From assembly GCF_008831285.2 (NCBI RefSeq), contig NC_045138.2, positions 1,116,001-1,180,000 of the forward strand: a DNA stretch of 64,000 bases, written 5' to 3'. Each line of letters opens with the position of its first letter. Position 1 is the first letter of the stretch. The DNA is from Nymphaea colorata. Lineage: Eukaryota. The notes beneath the pieces are model-generated. The model was not told the origin of the DNA, made no database searches, and saw only the letters and a list, made by a program, of their open reading frames with translations. Made by a program: the position numbers and the translations under genes. Below, piece by piece: positions 23,102 to 37,448 of the stretch.

Positions 23102-24773
23102 TCTGATCCTTCTCCCTGGTCCGCCTTAAACCAGCAAGAAGCTAGCGGCCACTAAGGTAATGGAATTTTTGGACAGTTACTGATCAACAAGAGCAAGTGT
23201 CCTCTTATTAAACCAGTCCAGATGGTCCTCGTCGTGCCTCTTAGTTAATCCTCCAGCTGGCCAGTGTTGGGACGTGACTGTGGGTCATGCCCATGTCATC
23301 ATCATCATGGAGGAGGCTTCCATTCATCCTTGGTGATGTTAAAAGTGTTGTATTGACAGCAGTGGAACGACACCCTTGATTCACTCTGCGCAGCAGGTTC
23401 ACTAGCAGCTTCTCTAGTTTGTGCGTGAAGAAGCAGCAGCAACACCAAGTGAAGGAGAGGAGTGAAAGGAAGTAGAAAAGGAAGAGAGAAAAATGTAAGC
23501 AGAGATAGGTTATTCACGGGTTTGCTTATTCACTGGTTTGCTTGTAGGAGGTGCCGGGTAGGGTAATCTCATGATTAACCTTAAGTTTGAGATTAGCTGG
23601 CTTTTGTAGACGCCTCTCAGGGTTTTTCAATGCCGAGCAACTGTTACGGCTAGAAGGAGGTAACGTAAATCTTTTAATTTGGATGTAAATCTCTTGATTT
23701 TATTCAATAACTGTTTAGCAAGATTATCTAGTAACTACTAGATGTGAAGATAGAGTTTAAGGCCACTATCCAACAAAAAAAAGGTCTATTCACCCATAAT
23801 AGCTGTCGAAGGACTTTCTGCAAATACTTGAATTCAGAGGATGAAAGGCCTTTAAATTTAAAAACAAAAGGAACTTTTGGAAGAGTTAAAAAAGTTTACT
23901 TTTGGCAAGGATGAAAATATTTTAAACGAATCAAAGGATACCATTCAACAAAAGAAAAAATTTCATGTCCAGATTCTTTCCTGTTGCTGTCTCTGTCTCT
24001 TTTCTCGTCTGGTTGCAAGGTCTGAAGCAGATGTTGTTTATGTGTTCAATCCTTCAAATGAGAATTTACTGCAAAGCCAATGAGATTATGGGATGGCATG
24101 AAGTCACGAGCATGCAAAAAGGGCGGACAGAAGCAAGGCACAAAAGCAAAAGCTAAAAACAGTATGAATCCCATGGCTTGTACTTACTCCTTGTTGATTA
24201 ATATTATAAATCCCATTGCTTAGAAAAACCTGTGCTTACTTTTATTTTGAAGGGAAACTTTTTGGTTTTGGATTTGCCGTTGCTAATAATTTCAAACGCC
24301 AGACTTTAGCTTTTTTTATGCTTCTGATTCATGCCCTACCTTTGCTAGACGCAAAGTGGGCTTGCGTTGCATAACGGTACATCTTCCTTAGGCTACAACG
24401 TTTTACTTCTTGTTTGCTAAAGAACACGTATGCTCTTGCTGCTCATCAAATGCAACAAAGATTCAATCCACAGTACCATGGATTGCCACCAATGCCAAGC
24501 TCTATGCAACTTCGGATGCACAAAAAATTTGTCAAATACCAATACACCTAATCGTAAAAGCTTGTTTTTTATAAAAATAAAAAAGCTAGTGAAAAAGGCT
24601 AAAAAGTCCAAAAAACCATTTTTTTAAAAATCCTCATAATACCATACCTCCCACCTTCTTTTTGATGTCTACACCGCCCTTATGCACACAACTCACTCTC
24701 CCCTAAATGACGAGGCAAAAAATGATGAAAATGCCTTTAACAAAAAAGGGAGCAAATTATACATATGTGTGTG

Positions 24774-25481
24774 TGTTGCCGGTCGACTGCGTCTGGCCCG
24801 GCCAAGCCAGTAAAAGGTAATGCTGCTTGGCCAGCTTAGGCATAGTTGGAAGGCATGTGGGATCAATCGGTCGCCGAGTGAAGCAGAAAGCAATGCACGT
24901 GGAATGTGCAGCGCGGTGGTGCAGTGACAAGGCGTTTAAATGCATCAAGATCAGCAGTCCCTTTGGAAGTGCGAGTCCGTCGTTGGGGAATCCAGTGGGT
25001 TCCCCACGAGTAGTGTTTGAATACACAAGGGGGTGCGCGTGGGTTAGGGGCAATTCCTCCAGTGGGTGCATACGCTACGTTCCACAACCGCGTAGAGTCA
25101 CGCGGGGGTGAGCAAGTGAATGCTCATCGTCGAGTAGGGCGATGGTCGACCGCCTTACTTAATGACATATAGTCGTCAACTGGCTTCGGCTGGGGACTTC
25201 CTCCCAAAAAGAGTCTACCCCCACCCAGATTTCGTTTGGATGTAGATAGACACTTGGAAGAATGGCGAAGTTCTGACAGGGCCTCATGGCCACGGCTTGC
25301 CGATGGTCGACAATGGGATAAACCTGGGTGATGGTGTGCCGAGTGCTTAGCACTCCTCGTTTAGTCCACAGTCCCGAAGAAAAGATGAATGCTTCCGCTA
25401 GCTTAAGAGAGAGACGGCTGGCCGAAGGCTTTGGGGAACACCTTCGGCGCCGCGCGGGCTGGAGAAACTCGGCCCGTGACA
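24774..25481. mobile_element. GC-rich solo LTR (708 bp) inserted in a (GT)n tract
   Basis: TGTTGCCGG...CCGTGACA termini, GTGTG on both sides (24769-24773, 25482-25486) and an abrupt GC shift. Confidence 0.7.
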
Positions 25482-25850
25482 GTGTGTGTGAAGATAATGC
25501 CAATTCCTGCATGAACTTTTCTTATATTTTACAATGCAAAAAACTGTCACAAATGACACATTCTGCCACTAAAAACTGTTATCAATGAATTGTGGTTGCA
25601 TAATGCCCTATTTTTGACAGTTTTTAGATTCATCAAATGAAAAAGAACTCAACTGGCAATGGACTTGGCCAGCTCATTTCAATTCCTTTCGGTATATATA
25701 ATACCAGGTTGTTTTGTAAGAGACGTATGTAGCCACTATGTCTAATAAATTATATCTAGATTTGCAATTTAAGTGGTCTACCCTTGCGGCACCGACTTTC
25801 TTCTGTTTTTATGACAGCATTGACAAAGGAACACCCGAGAGGATGGAGCC

Positions 25851-26155
25851 CTGAGTCACACGGCACCTGATGCTGGTGCTTGAGCGGTCCAACACAGCGT
25901 TATTAGCTGTTCTCAAAAATTTTTTGATCGAGTTTTCATTGATATATCGATTCAACGTAACCTTAATAAAAAAAAAGTTTAAAAATATAGAAAAATATAA
26001 TTACTTATATAACAAATAACATATATATATATATATACACACATTTATTTATATTTATATGCTCTTGCCGCACCCACACCTAATTTTTTTTAGAACTTTC
26101 CACATCCCGTACGGGCACCTGCACCCGCACAAGCACCCGCACCCACGTGACATGG
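25851..26155. mobile_element. hAT-type MITE
   Basis: Perfect 8-bp TSD ATGGAGCC (25843-25850, 26156-26163), imperfect TIR CTGAGTCAC/GTGACATGG and GCACCC subterminal repeats. Confidence 0.8.
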
Positions 26156-27142
26156 ATGGAGCCGCTGCTTAATTGATCTTTTGTTCTTGGTTTGCATGCT
26201 CAACACACCGAGAGATTTGTCGTAAGCTGCCACACTCCCCTATGGGGCCAATACTTAATTGGCTTAAGTTCGTGTCTTCTTCAAATTGCAAACATGCATG
26301 ACTACGCCAAAATAGCTAACGCGTTGTACTGAACGCAAACTCAGGAAACGAATCAACTGGTGACCTCCTAAGAGTGCACACATTGGCAGCACACTTAACA
26401 AACTAAAGACATTAATGCCGGCCTTATTCTTAAAAATCCTAAAAATCAAGACAAAATTCATATTCCTAATATAGGTAAATAAGATTTAATCTCTAAAAAC
26501 TAAATCAACGTATAGCCCGAACTATTTTGATTTGTAAAAATCTAGTTTACGCACTTAAAAGTATGATTCCTTAGTGACCAATTGTTATCTTTTGGAACAT
26601 GAAGATAACATATGCACAGTTCACTTCTTCATTTCTTTCATTAAAGAATCAAATTCAATATATGAGCTTTGCTGGACTGCCAGATCGTGAGGGAGATTAG
26701 CCGGCCAACCCGTGACAGCAGCTGGAAGAATCTTGTGCATGAGGACCAAAACGTGCTCGATCATTGAATGGTTGCGTCCTCCTTTCTTTTTCTTTCCTTC
26801 TTGCCCTTATCTTGTTGGCCATTCATAATCGCAAGGTGCTGGTCCGCATGGATATGGATGGATGATTCACATTTTATGCTCTTCTGCTATTTATTCGTCC
26901 TATTTTTGGTCAGTATAAATTTTGGAAGGAGATTAGCTCGCTTGGCACTGCTGCAGGGTTGTAATAATATGTCATGCTTCGCACGTTGACCACAATTTTA
27001 AGACCACCAATTTCGTAATTGGAGACTTTTGCGTTTTTGTTTGGTTTAGTTGAGTGAAACCTCACATGCATGTGCAAATCGAGCTGCTCATCTACCTCTA
27101 AGTTGCATCCAAAAATCTATTTGGTGATGACAGCCATGGATA

Positions 27143-27696
27143 CAGGGGCCGAGGTAAAAATTTTTCATTAGGGAGCCAAATTAAAATTTTTAAATTTTGA
27201 TATGGGTGGAAATATTATTTTTCAAAAATTTTTATATAGGACAAATAAAATTCTCTAAAATTTATATATAATGTCTTTAAATTTTTTTTAGGTGGGATCA
27301 TGGCCCATGTTGGCTAAACCTGCACATCGGGCTGGGCCGGCCGCCTCGGTCGGTCTGACATCCAAAAGCCAGGCTAGGGCTTGGCCCGATTTGAAAAACC
27401 TGAGCATGAGCCCAGCCCAGTTAAATTTGAAAATATATATTAAAAAAATGACATAAGTATAATTAATCACAATAAAATATTATAAATATATATATAAATT
27501 AAAAATTTTTTTTTAAAGAATTCATTATCGAGCCCATCCGGCCTTATCGTTCCAACCCAGCCCAGCCCAATAAATTACCGGGCTGGCCCGGGTTCCTTTT
27601 TTTGTCAGGCCCGAGTCGGGCCAGGTACCGGGTACTCGGCGGTAGCCCGACCCAGTGCCCAGGCATAATGTGGGCCCTTCCTTGGCCCCGCCCCTA
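27143..27696. mobile_element. hAT-type MITE (CAGGGGC TIR) with a second GGCCC-rich MITE nested inside
   Basis: CAGGGGCCGAGG...GCCCCGCCCCTA; flanks CATGGATA / TATGAATA match 6/8. Confidence 0.6.
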
Positions 27697-28254
27697 TATG
27701 AATAGAAGTTGTCAATGATGCAGTTGCTGTATTACATACTGCCATACGTACAACCCACATCTATGTCTCCTAGGTCTGGGTACGGTTATGGCGTTTTCGG
27801 ATATGTTGGTAAGGTGGTACCTAATATTATCTTTTTAATTAAAAAATTATAAATTTGATCATTTCATAAAAATGGTTTCTTTGTTTACGCACATAGGATT
27901 TCGCTTGAACTCTTCAGGTTCAAACAACAATTATCAGTTTTTTTTACTGTCCGTTTAGATGCCAAAATTTTATCAAGATTGTGTTTTGAAAAATTTTAAA
28001 ACTATTAGCCATATAGATAATTTTGAAAAACTATTCCGACCATTTTGAAAATAGTTTAAAAGGGTGGGGTGGGGTTGGGTGGAAAGAAAATTTTCATTTT
28101 AACCGCATAAAGAAAGTTTCAAAACTTTTTTTTTTCATTTTTGCCTTTCACTTCTCTTTCTTCTACATTGTTTTTTCTTCTTCACCGTAAAACAGACAGG
28201 CGACCAACAACCCGGGTCGGGGTTGGCCTGGCCCGACATCCAACGAGTCAATAA

Positions 28255-29905
28255 TTAAAAAAAAAATATTATTTTTTAAATTTAATAATATGTATTATAT
28301 TATTAAAAATAATATTTTATATTATAAAATTTATTTTATAATTTATTTATTTTTATTATCAAACGGCCAAGGATGGGTCGGGCCCGGACTTGGATTTCAA
28401 GCCCGACCAACTGACCAAGGCCAGACCCCGATGCCCACCCTTACCCATGTACCCACTAAAGTAGCAAAATGATGCCAATAGGACTCTAAAGTGATATAAG
28501 CTTTCGCCATTCTAACCATAAGTACAGGTCAGGTGAATCAGGTCTTTAGCAATGATGTTTTGTTCGACTGTTATTTTTTAAATTAATAATATGTATTTTA
28601 TTATTAAGAATATATTTTTTATTATAAAAAATTATTTTATAATTTATTTTTTTTTAAATTATGAACGGCCCGAGCCAGGTCGGGCCCGACAGATTGACCT
28701 GGGCTAGGCCTCGATGCCCGCCCGCTCTTACCCATGTACCCACTAAAGTAGCAAAATGGCATCAACAGTACTCTAAAGTAATATAAGCTTTCGCCATTAT
28801 AGCTACAGGTATAGGTCAGGTGAATCAGGTCTTTATCAATCATGTTTTGTTCAACTGTTATTTTTTAAATTTAATAATATATATTTTATTATTAAAAATA
28901 TATTTTATATTATAAAAATTTATTTTATAATTTCTTAAATTATCAAACGGCCCAAGCAGGGTCGGGCCCGACAGACCGACCTGGGCCGGGCCTCGATGCC
29001 CGCCCTTACCCATGTAGCCACTAAAGTAGCAAAATGACGTCAATAGGACTATAAAGTAATATAAGCTTTCGCCATTATAGCTATAGGTATAGGTCAGGTG
29101 AACCAGGTCTTTACCAATTATGTTTTGTTCGACTGTTATTTTTTAAATTTAATAATATGTATTTTATTATTAAAAATATATTTTATATTATACAAATTTA
29201 TTTTATAATTTAAACTTTTTTATTATCAAAAGGCTGGGACCGGGCCCCAATGCCCACCCATACCCATGTACCCACTAAAGTAGCAAAATGACGTCAACAA
29301 AACTCTAAAGTGATATAAGCTTTCGCCATTATAGCAATAGGTACAGGTCAGTGAATAAGGTCTTTAGCCATGATGTTTTATTCGACTGCTATTTTTTAAA
29401 ATTAATAATATGTATTTTATTATTAAAAATATATTTTATGTTATAAAAATTTATTTTATAATTTAAAAGATTTTGTTATTATCAAACGGCCCAGGCCGGG
29501 TGTGGCCCTGGTTTCGGGCCTGACAGACCGACCCGGGTCGGGCCCCGATGCCCACCCTTACCCATGCACCGACTAAAGTAGCAAAGTGGCGTCAACAAAA
29601 CTCTAAAGTGATATAAGCTTTTGCCATTATATCCATAGAGGTCTTTACCAATGATGCTTTGTTCGGTTGCTATTCTTAAATTTAATAATATGTATTTTGT
29701 TATCAAAAAAATTATTTTATATTATAAAAATTTATATTATCAAACCGCCCGGGTCGGGCCTTGATGCCCACCCTTACCCATGTACCCACTAAAATAGCGA
29801 AATGTCGTCAACAGGACTCTAAAGTGACATAAGCTTTTGTCATTTTAGCCAAAGGAACAGGTCAGGTGAATCATATCTTTAGCAATAATGTTTTGTTCGA
29901 CTGCT
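28255..29905 (+). repeat. Tandem array of six ~215-300-bp units (MITE half + ~130 bp flank)
   Basis: The anchor CCCATGTACCCACTAAAGTAGC recurs near 28444, 28731, 29009, 29263, 29561 and 29776. Confidence 0.9.
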
Positions 29906-30706
29906 ACGATCACTGCTATATTGGCGGTGAATCGTAAGTTCTGTTATGTGATATTCTAGCAGTGACAATATCATTTGTATGGATCTGTACTATTGTCAAT
30001 GGCTATGGCGTGAAGAAAGAAGATCTATGCCAATGAAGATTGTCAATCGATTAGTTCTATTTATATTTCTTAACAAAACGGCACTGCTTATAAAGCAAGC
30101 ACCTTCATACAGTTAATACCCTCATCAATTTGCCCATGGTTCAAAAGTAATCTATGTGAACAGAAAAAATGTTTGATGCCAATTGTTAACCATGATTTGC
30201 TGCATACAGGTAATTTCAGGAAAGTCATTGAGCAGTTAACCATTGGAGGCTCTCTAGATCACAAGAATGAGGACAAAAACATGATTACTAACATTTGTTC
30301 AAGAAATGAACATCAAATATAAATCACGCAATTTGGGGCTAGCTTTCATTTGCTCTGTTTCAGCTAAACCATCTATCTAAAAGAAATAAAATATTCAACT
30401 TTTGAGCAGAAAAATGATAGCATTACCTACTTCTTGAAAGTTTCCATTGGAATTAGTACTGAACAAAATAACTGCCTAATCAAACTTCTAACTATAATAA
30501 ATTTATTAACAAAACTTTATTTAGGAGAAGCTCATGCATCTAATTATTACAACTGTTGCAACATTAAGATAATTTCTTCAACAAAAGCACTATCCAAGCA
30601 CATGCATTTTCTCAAGCAAACTAAGACAGGCATTCAGAAACAAAAAAACATGATAATCTACTTGTTCTTTGACAGAGTAAAAGGAAAAAACATACAAAAC
30701 CCCACG

Positions 30707-31575
30707 CCTGGGTTTCAGCTATCGGATCAGGCCCAGGCCCGGGCCAGCCCGATAATACTTAAAAAATAATTTTTTTATCAATTTTAATTTGATAATATGT
30801 ATTTTACAATTTTAAAAATTATTTTCTAATTAAAAAATTATTTTTTTATTATCAAATGGCCGAGATCTGCCTATTTATGCACACATTCACAATCTTCCTA
30901 ACTGAAGAAACTACTTCTTCATAAATATAAAAGAAAGAGAGAAAGGGAAACTGATTCTTACGAATTTGAGGAATTAAGTAGGAGAGGGGAGGAGGAGCAC
31001 CATGGGCAAGATCATGAAGAAGGATGTCATGAAGAGACTAGTGACTCTTGATGTTCTTCCAAGAGAAGTCCTTGTAGAGATCGTAACACGCGTTGTTTCT
31101 TCATCACCGGCCATGTTGTCGGTTTCTGATCTTGCCAACATGAAGCTCACGTAAGTTTTCTGTCATCTCTAACATATTCAACTTTCAAGGACTCTGCATG
31201 GATTCTCTTCAATGACTTCTCCTGAAAGAACATCAAGAGTCACTAGTCTCTTCATGACACCCTTCTTCATGATCTTGCCCATGGTGCTCCTCCTCCCATC
31301 TCCTACTAAATTCCTCAAATTCGTAAGAACCAGTTTCTTTTTTTTTTTTTTCTCTTTTATATTTATGAAGATGTAGTTTCTTCGTTTAGGAAGCATTGTG
31401 AAGGTATGCATAAATAGGCAGGTCTCGGCCCGTTTGATGATAAAAAAATATTTTTAAATTATAAAATAATTTTTCAAATAGTAAAATACATATTATCAAA
31501 TGAAAAATTAATAAAAAAATTAAATATTATCGGGCTGACCCGGGCCCTGAACCGGCCCGATAGCCGAAACCTAGG
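30707..31575. repeat. Inverted repeat, ~370-bp arms, ~120-bp spacer, containing F-box first exon
   Basis: 30707-31080 is the reverse complement of 31204-31575, e.g. CATGGGCAAGATCATGAAGAAGG vs CCTTCTTCATGATCTTGCCCATG. Confidence 0.9.
31002..31150 (+). pseudogene. F-box protein first-exon fragment (At1g67623-like type)
   Basis: MGKIMKKDVMKRLVTLDVLPREVLVEIVTRV...DLANMKLT followed by a GTAAG donor; F-box L-x-x-LP-x-E-x-L-x-x-I pattern. Confidence 0.7.
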
Positions 31576-31936
31576 TCTGAGCTGGGGCTTGAAAATAAAA
31601 AAAATATTTTTAAACTATAAAATAATTTTTTAATAGTAAACTACAAATTATTAAATTAAAAAATAAAAAAAAAATTATTTTTAAAATATTACCTGGCTGA
31701 TCAAGGCCCGGGCCCAGCCCGATAACCGAAACCCGGGTTCGGGCCCAACCCGGCCCAGCCTGTTTGATAATAAAAAATATTTTTTAAATTATAAATAATT
31801 TATTAATAGTAAAACACACATTATTAAATTAACAAATAATAAAAAATTATTTTTTGAATATAACCAGGCTGGATCAACCCTGGTCGGGCCGACCCAGGCT
31901 GAAGCATCTGGCTCGGGCCCGGGACAGGTCTTTCCA

Positions 31937-32951
31937 ACTGACCACCGCACTCCCTAAGGGCCTCCATTGCAATTTTTTCTATAGTTGGCTGTTTGATCAC
32001 ATCCCCTCTGTTATGAAGGAATAGGGACATCGCATCTTTCCAGCACATGGCTTCCACCTTCATGTTTCTGCCTGTTTGCATGGCATCGCATACATCAAGG
32101 GTTCTACTTATGACCACAACTTTGCTTCCATTCACTGGATTAGGAACTCCCAACACACGTATATCGAAGCTTTGCCAGACATAATCTAATATCAACAAGT
32201 ACTTTCTGCCCTTCATTTTTGTTGAAATCAGTTTTTCTCCTTCGCTTAGATGTGCTCCTTTGGCGAAAAGAGTGCTTTAGGTAGCAGGCAATCTTCTGTT
32301 GCAGGCATTTGTAGTCGGATCCTTGCCTACTACGATGTACATGACGAAGTCAAACTCTTTAGCTTTTGTTGTGCACATGCTTCACGATACTAGTCACGCC
32401 GACTCCCCTCATTCTGTGGATGCCAATCCTTGATATCCTGGCATCTTGTATGCTGTCCAAAATTTCCTTAACGAAGCGAATAGCAGTATCTTGCCCGTCC
32501 AATGGTTCCGGGATGAGTGGCTGTGACCAATCGATTTCTGGAGGCCTTGACACCTGTTCCGCCTCCAAAGGTACCTTCTTTATATGTGCTGCACCTCCCT
32601 GTGTTTGTGCTCAGCCGCTTTCGCCCGTCGGTAGCAATACCAACAGTTGGGCAAGCCACGGTAACAGGTGCATGTCCCTTGGGCATCCGGAAAGCCTTTG
32701 AAAATGCACTCTGCTTCATCCTTTAGCTCCTGAGTCTTCTTCCACCACTCTTCTGCCTCTTGTCGAATATCTCTACCTTTAAGATATTCGTCTCTTACCA
32801 AGTTATTTACAAGCACTTCTATCTTTCTTAGCTCAGTGTTTTCCATTCCCAGACCCGCATGCCTCCTTGCATGGACGTACGTCCATTTGTGCGATGCAAG
32901 AAGGCATTTACGGATGGCATCGGACGGGATGGGGATGCAGCCGCAGGCCAT
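31937..32951 (-). pseudogene. Truncated, frameshifted paralog of the CNL at 20291-23101 (CC + NB-ARC up to GLPL)
   Basis: MACGCIPIPSD..., mutated P-loop RMRGVGVTS, LLILDYVW; ends at ECGGQL where a MITE begins. About 250 bp of upstream DNA is also duplicated (23101-23345 vs 32951-33210). Confidence 0.92.
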
Positions 32952-35900
32952 TATGATTCTTTTCTTTGGTCCGCCCTTAAACCAGCAAGATGGTAGCTGC
33001 CATTACAGGTAATGGGATTTTCAGATGGATACTAGTGAACAAGAGCAAGGCATCCTTTTATATATCAGAGAATTGAACAAGTCCAGATGATCGTCCTCAT
33101 GCCTCTTAGTTAATCCTCCAGCTGGCCAGCAATGGGACGTGGCCTCGAGTCATGCTCATGTCACCATCATTGAGGAGGCTTCCACTAATCCATGATGATG
33201 TTAAAAGGGTCCATTGATCATTTATAATAGCTGTTAGAAAGATCTCCTGTCAATACTTAGAAATTAGAATAGAAGTCAGAAGATTAAAATACCTCTAAAG
33301 TTAAAAAGAAAAAAAAAGCTCTACAACTTGTGTAAGTAAAAAGTTGACATCTGGTATAAAGAACTGTTAAATGACTGCTTGATTTGAAATTTATACCTGT
33401 TAAAGGTCATCTCAAGGAGACAGGTTTGTCTAAGTAAATATGTAATTCAAATATGCCTTATGTTCAGACTTCCACTAACTCTTCTAGCCACAATGGGGCA
33501 AATGAATGTTATTTTGTAACGGTGCATAAAATAGAAATTCAAACAAAAGGAGGCTGAATGAAAAAGTCAAAAATTAATTTTAGGACTAAATGTGTTCTAT
33601 CAACAAGCTTAACATTACATTGGATCCCAGAAACACAATTGAAAGTGATGACATTGGTAGATGATGAATAACGGCATCTGTAAAAATGAAACGTTGACAT
33701 GCCAATAAAAGGCGATGCACTTGACTCAATACAATTTAGGTGTGGATGTGACAAGATTTTAAGCAAATAAACACATGCATTATCTTTTTTCACAAAAATA
33801 TGACGTGCTAAACAAATGGATAATCATGTTGGGTGTAGGGACAGTTCCCCTTTCAAAAAAAAAAGTAAAGATTTTTAATTTTTTTCGTTCTTAATTTTCA
33901 TATTTTTCTTGGTCTGTCCTAATTCCCTTTAACTTCATGCTTGCAGACATTTGATGAAACTTTTGGACAAGAATCTACATAGAAACATTGCCGGCTCATA
34001 GAAGATATTATAATCGTTAAGACAAAAATACTGCTTTTACTAGCAAATAAAATAGGCTAGTAAAGAAAAAACACCATGCATATCAGGTTAATTTTTATAA
34101 GATTCCAGTCCCCTTGGACAGGTCACGGATCAAATCCTATACAAATATTTTGCTATTTTTATACTGCAGATCTAAATCCCAATGTATTTATGTCTCAATG
34201 AGCAGGAGGAAATTCCACTACCGGAGTGAGGGTGCATTGCTTCCAGCCCAAAGGCATATGGAGTATGTAATGCTCATATCATTCACAAGTGATCAGCCCA
34301 AAGGCATTGAGGTTAAGGGCAAATCCAATCCATTTCATGTTCCATATGATGAAACTGATGTCATCTTCAATGAGTAGTTGAATTATATACCTTTAAAATC
34401 AATCATCAACTCTTTACTTCAAGGGGTGTAGTGTAGCTGGTCTGGTTAGTGGACTAGTGAAAGTCTAATAATTGGTTCGATTCATCTGAGTACTACTCTT
34501 ATAGACTGCAAACATAAATGTGTTACATTTTAGTTTGTCGAAGCAATCATATACCCCTGGGGAAAATGGGAAGTTTCTACCTCTCTTCAAATCGACAATC
34601 CAATATTCTTTGATCTCAAAATTAGATTCAGATGAGACACTGGCTTCACTTTGCAACCATGTGCATATGACCAGGACAAGCATCCGGTTTGCATTCGAAT
34701 CTAAATCAGGATTTAACTTAATCGATAACGAATCAGCTATAAAAAGTATACAGTGTTTTAAAACTAAACTAAATATTGCATTTAGAAAGGATCGAATCCA
34801 GGTCAGGTTCAGATCTATACCCGATTAGTAGTTGAGGTCAACAATTAGGTAGGCAGTATCCGGACCTGCGTAGTTATCAGATAAAGCCGGTCCAGGAAAG
34901 AGATAAAGAGGGGATACCAAACGAGGAGGTGACTTGAAGATTGGGCTCATATCCAGTCAAGTCGCATTTAAAACGGCAGTAAGAATCTAAGGTGTACATG
35001 TGGTTATATATTGATATAATGAATAAGTGTGGACTGATACACACGGCCCCAACAATCACCTGGTGGACAAAACAAATTAATAAATGCGATCTGCAAAGTG
35101 TATTTAATAAAGATTAGGTAAGCTTTGAGTGGCGCTATTTAAATGCATGAAACAATAAGGGTGCATATATCATGATGCATCAAACTTGACGCTTAAAAAA
35201 ATTATGATTCTGATGAGAAAAATCATATTAAAGGTAGGTTTCTCAGCTGAATCTATTTGAGCCAGATTAAATTAAGTGTTTTTTTTTTTCTATATTTTGC
35301 CTTGTTAGGAAAGAGATTCATGTTCTTCAGAGTGGAAATTCCGGTTGGACTGGACTTACTGCTGCAAGACTCAAATCTAAATTCAAAAGCGACAGGGTGT
35401 AACAGATCTGGACCAGGTCCATACGGCACAAATGAGAAATTATTGATGTCCTTTTCATTGGAAAGTTGCCCATCAATATTAGAAATTTGGATCAGAACCC
35501 AGATCTTGTATGAATTACTATGAAATTCATACCCGGAAGGATATTAGTATATTACTAATAGTTAGCTACAGATCTCATCAAAACTGGATCATATTCAATG
35601 ACTTGACACCCAACTGACCTGATCATGAGATGCAAACATGGATTTTTTTCCATGTAATTCATTTTGTAGAATCAACACTTGGGATCGGCACACAATTTTT
35701 TTTTAGTTATTTGAGGTAAACATGGAGTAGTATTTCATCATACCACCTACCACCCAAGAAGAAAGCCAAAACCCCCCACCCTTCCCTGTCCCTGAAGGTA
35801 CCTCCACCACCTATCATATTTGACTTAACAAAATCTTTGTTATCAACACTACATAAATCATCTAAAGGGGTCTCGATTGGAATCTTTACTGCTAACCAGC

Positions 35901-36834
35901 CTAGAAAATCTAATGAACTAGGCAAAAAAAGAAGACACTATATGAAAAAATATATATATATTTGTTTCAGTGGAATTAATTCTTTCGTTCTTTATTTTGA
36001 TTGAAAATTCAGAGATCAATGATACAGTGCAGAAAGTAGAATAAGCAACAGATGTTAGATTTAATTACGGCTGACTTAATCGAAACCTGGATTTTTTTTA
36101 TTATATAAGTTTTGGACTTGTTAATACGTAGTTAGTTATACCATGTTGATTTTGGAGTTGGCAATATTGCACATTATATTAGAATTGGATGAAAATTGAT
36201 TAGATTTTTATCAAGCAGAAAAATAAATAAGATTGTATGTATGCATAAACCAATCAAGATCGAACTCAGATGTGTTTAGACAAACAATGGATCCGCTTGT
36301 AAAATTGTTTAGAACATGAATTAACAACTAAGTTAATTTCAGGCTTTAGCATATATATGCATATAATAAAGCTGAAATCTGCCGGCCATATTTTATAACT
36401 CAGTTAGGAGAGCTGAGAGTGCTAATTGTTCCGGACATGGAAGGCACAATAAGTGATACTTCTCCCCTCTCCTACTAAATTCCTCAAATTCTTAAGAACC
36501 AGTTCCTCTCTCTCTCTCTTCTACATTTATGAAGAGGTAGTTTCTTCAGTTGGGAAGCATTGTGAACGAGTGCATAAATAGGCAGGTCCACCATCATGAA
36601 ATGCATAAGATATCTGATGATCCAAACCCATTTAATTTAATCGAGATACTGTAAGATCTACATTTGAATTGAATGCTTAGTAGAAAGATCAAATATTACT
36701 TTTTCGATATATCTGAGCCCGAACACTCGGATAATTCTGGATTTGATTAAGAATCCAATCGCGATCGATCTTCATATACTTCTTGAGAAAACTAACTTTC
36801 AGGATTCCAGATGGATCCGTCAGTTGCATGTATA

Positions 36835-37339
36835 GCTCTCTTCTTCCACACCCTTCTCAGTCTGCAACTCTTCCTCATCATCTTTATCTTTACTCACTTC
36901 CCAATCATCTTCCTCCCTGTACTTCCTCTGTCCTCACAGACTTGTCTTAGTAGAAGTGGGTGGTGATGGTGGTTTCCTTCCTTGCCATGGGAGGAATATG
37001 GAGCTTCTGGGAGCCATTCTTCCTCTTGACGTATTCGTTGTAAATGTCTGGTGTTGGGCTCGAGGTGCCCAAAAATTTAGACTCCCCAACAAGGACGATG
37101 ACGATGACATTGGAGACAACAAACAGGAATTTTGGGCAAAGGATGTAACCCATCATGTTGGGAAGGAAGACGTACAGGAGAAACTTGATGAAGAATCAAA
37201 GGGGAGAAAGCCAGGGAGGGCTTGATAAAAATAAGCCCACCAATATTGGTGTCACTGCCTACAAGGTGAGCTTGTGGAGATAATTGGTCTTCTTGTACTT
37301 GACCATGGCTCTGAATTTCTCAACCTTTACGGGGTCCAT
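36835..37339 (-). pseudogene. DUF4408-like (cotton-fibre-expressed family) pseudogene, left arm
   Basis: MDPVKVEKFRAMVKYKK...FLFVVSNVIVIVLVGESK...DIYNEYVKR plus an acidic tail; in-frame stops. Confidence 0.7.
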
Positions 37340-37448
37340 AGCTCAAGAGATATGCAGTAAAAGAGAAAAAGAGAGAGAATGAAAGAAAGTGAGCTGACAA
37401 TCGGGATTTAATTTTGGGAGCGGGATTCAAGTTCATTGAATAGGAGAG

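Noticed and set aside
28255..29905. Repeat-spacer look resembling a CRISPR array
   Set aside because: The intervening segments are homologous to each other, units are 215-300 bp, there are no cas genes and the context is eukaryotic. It is a tandem repeat.
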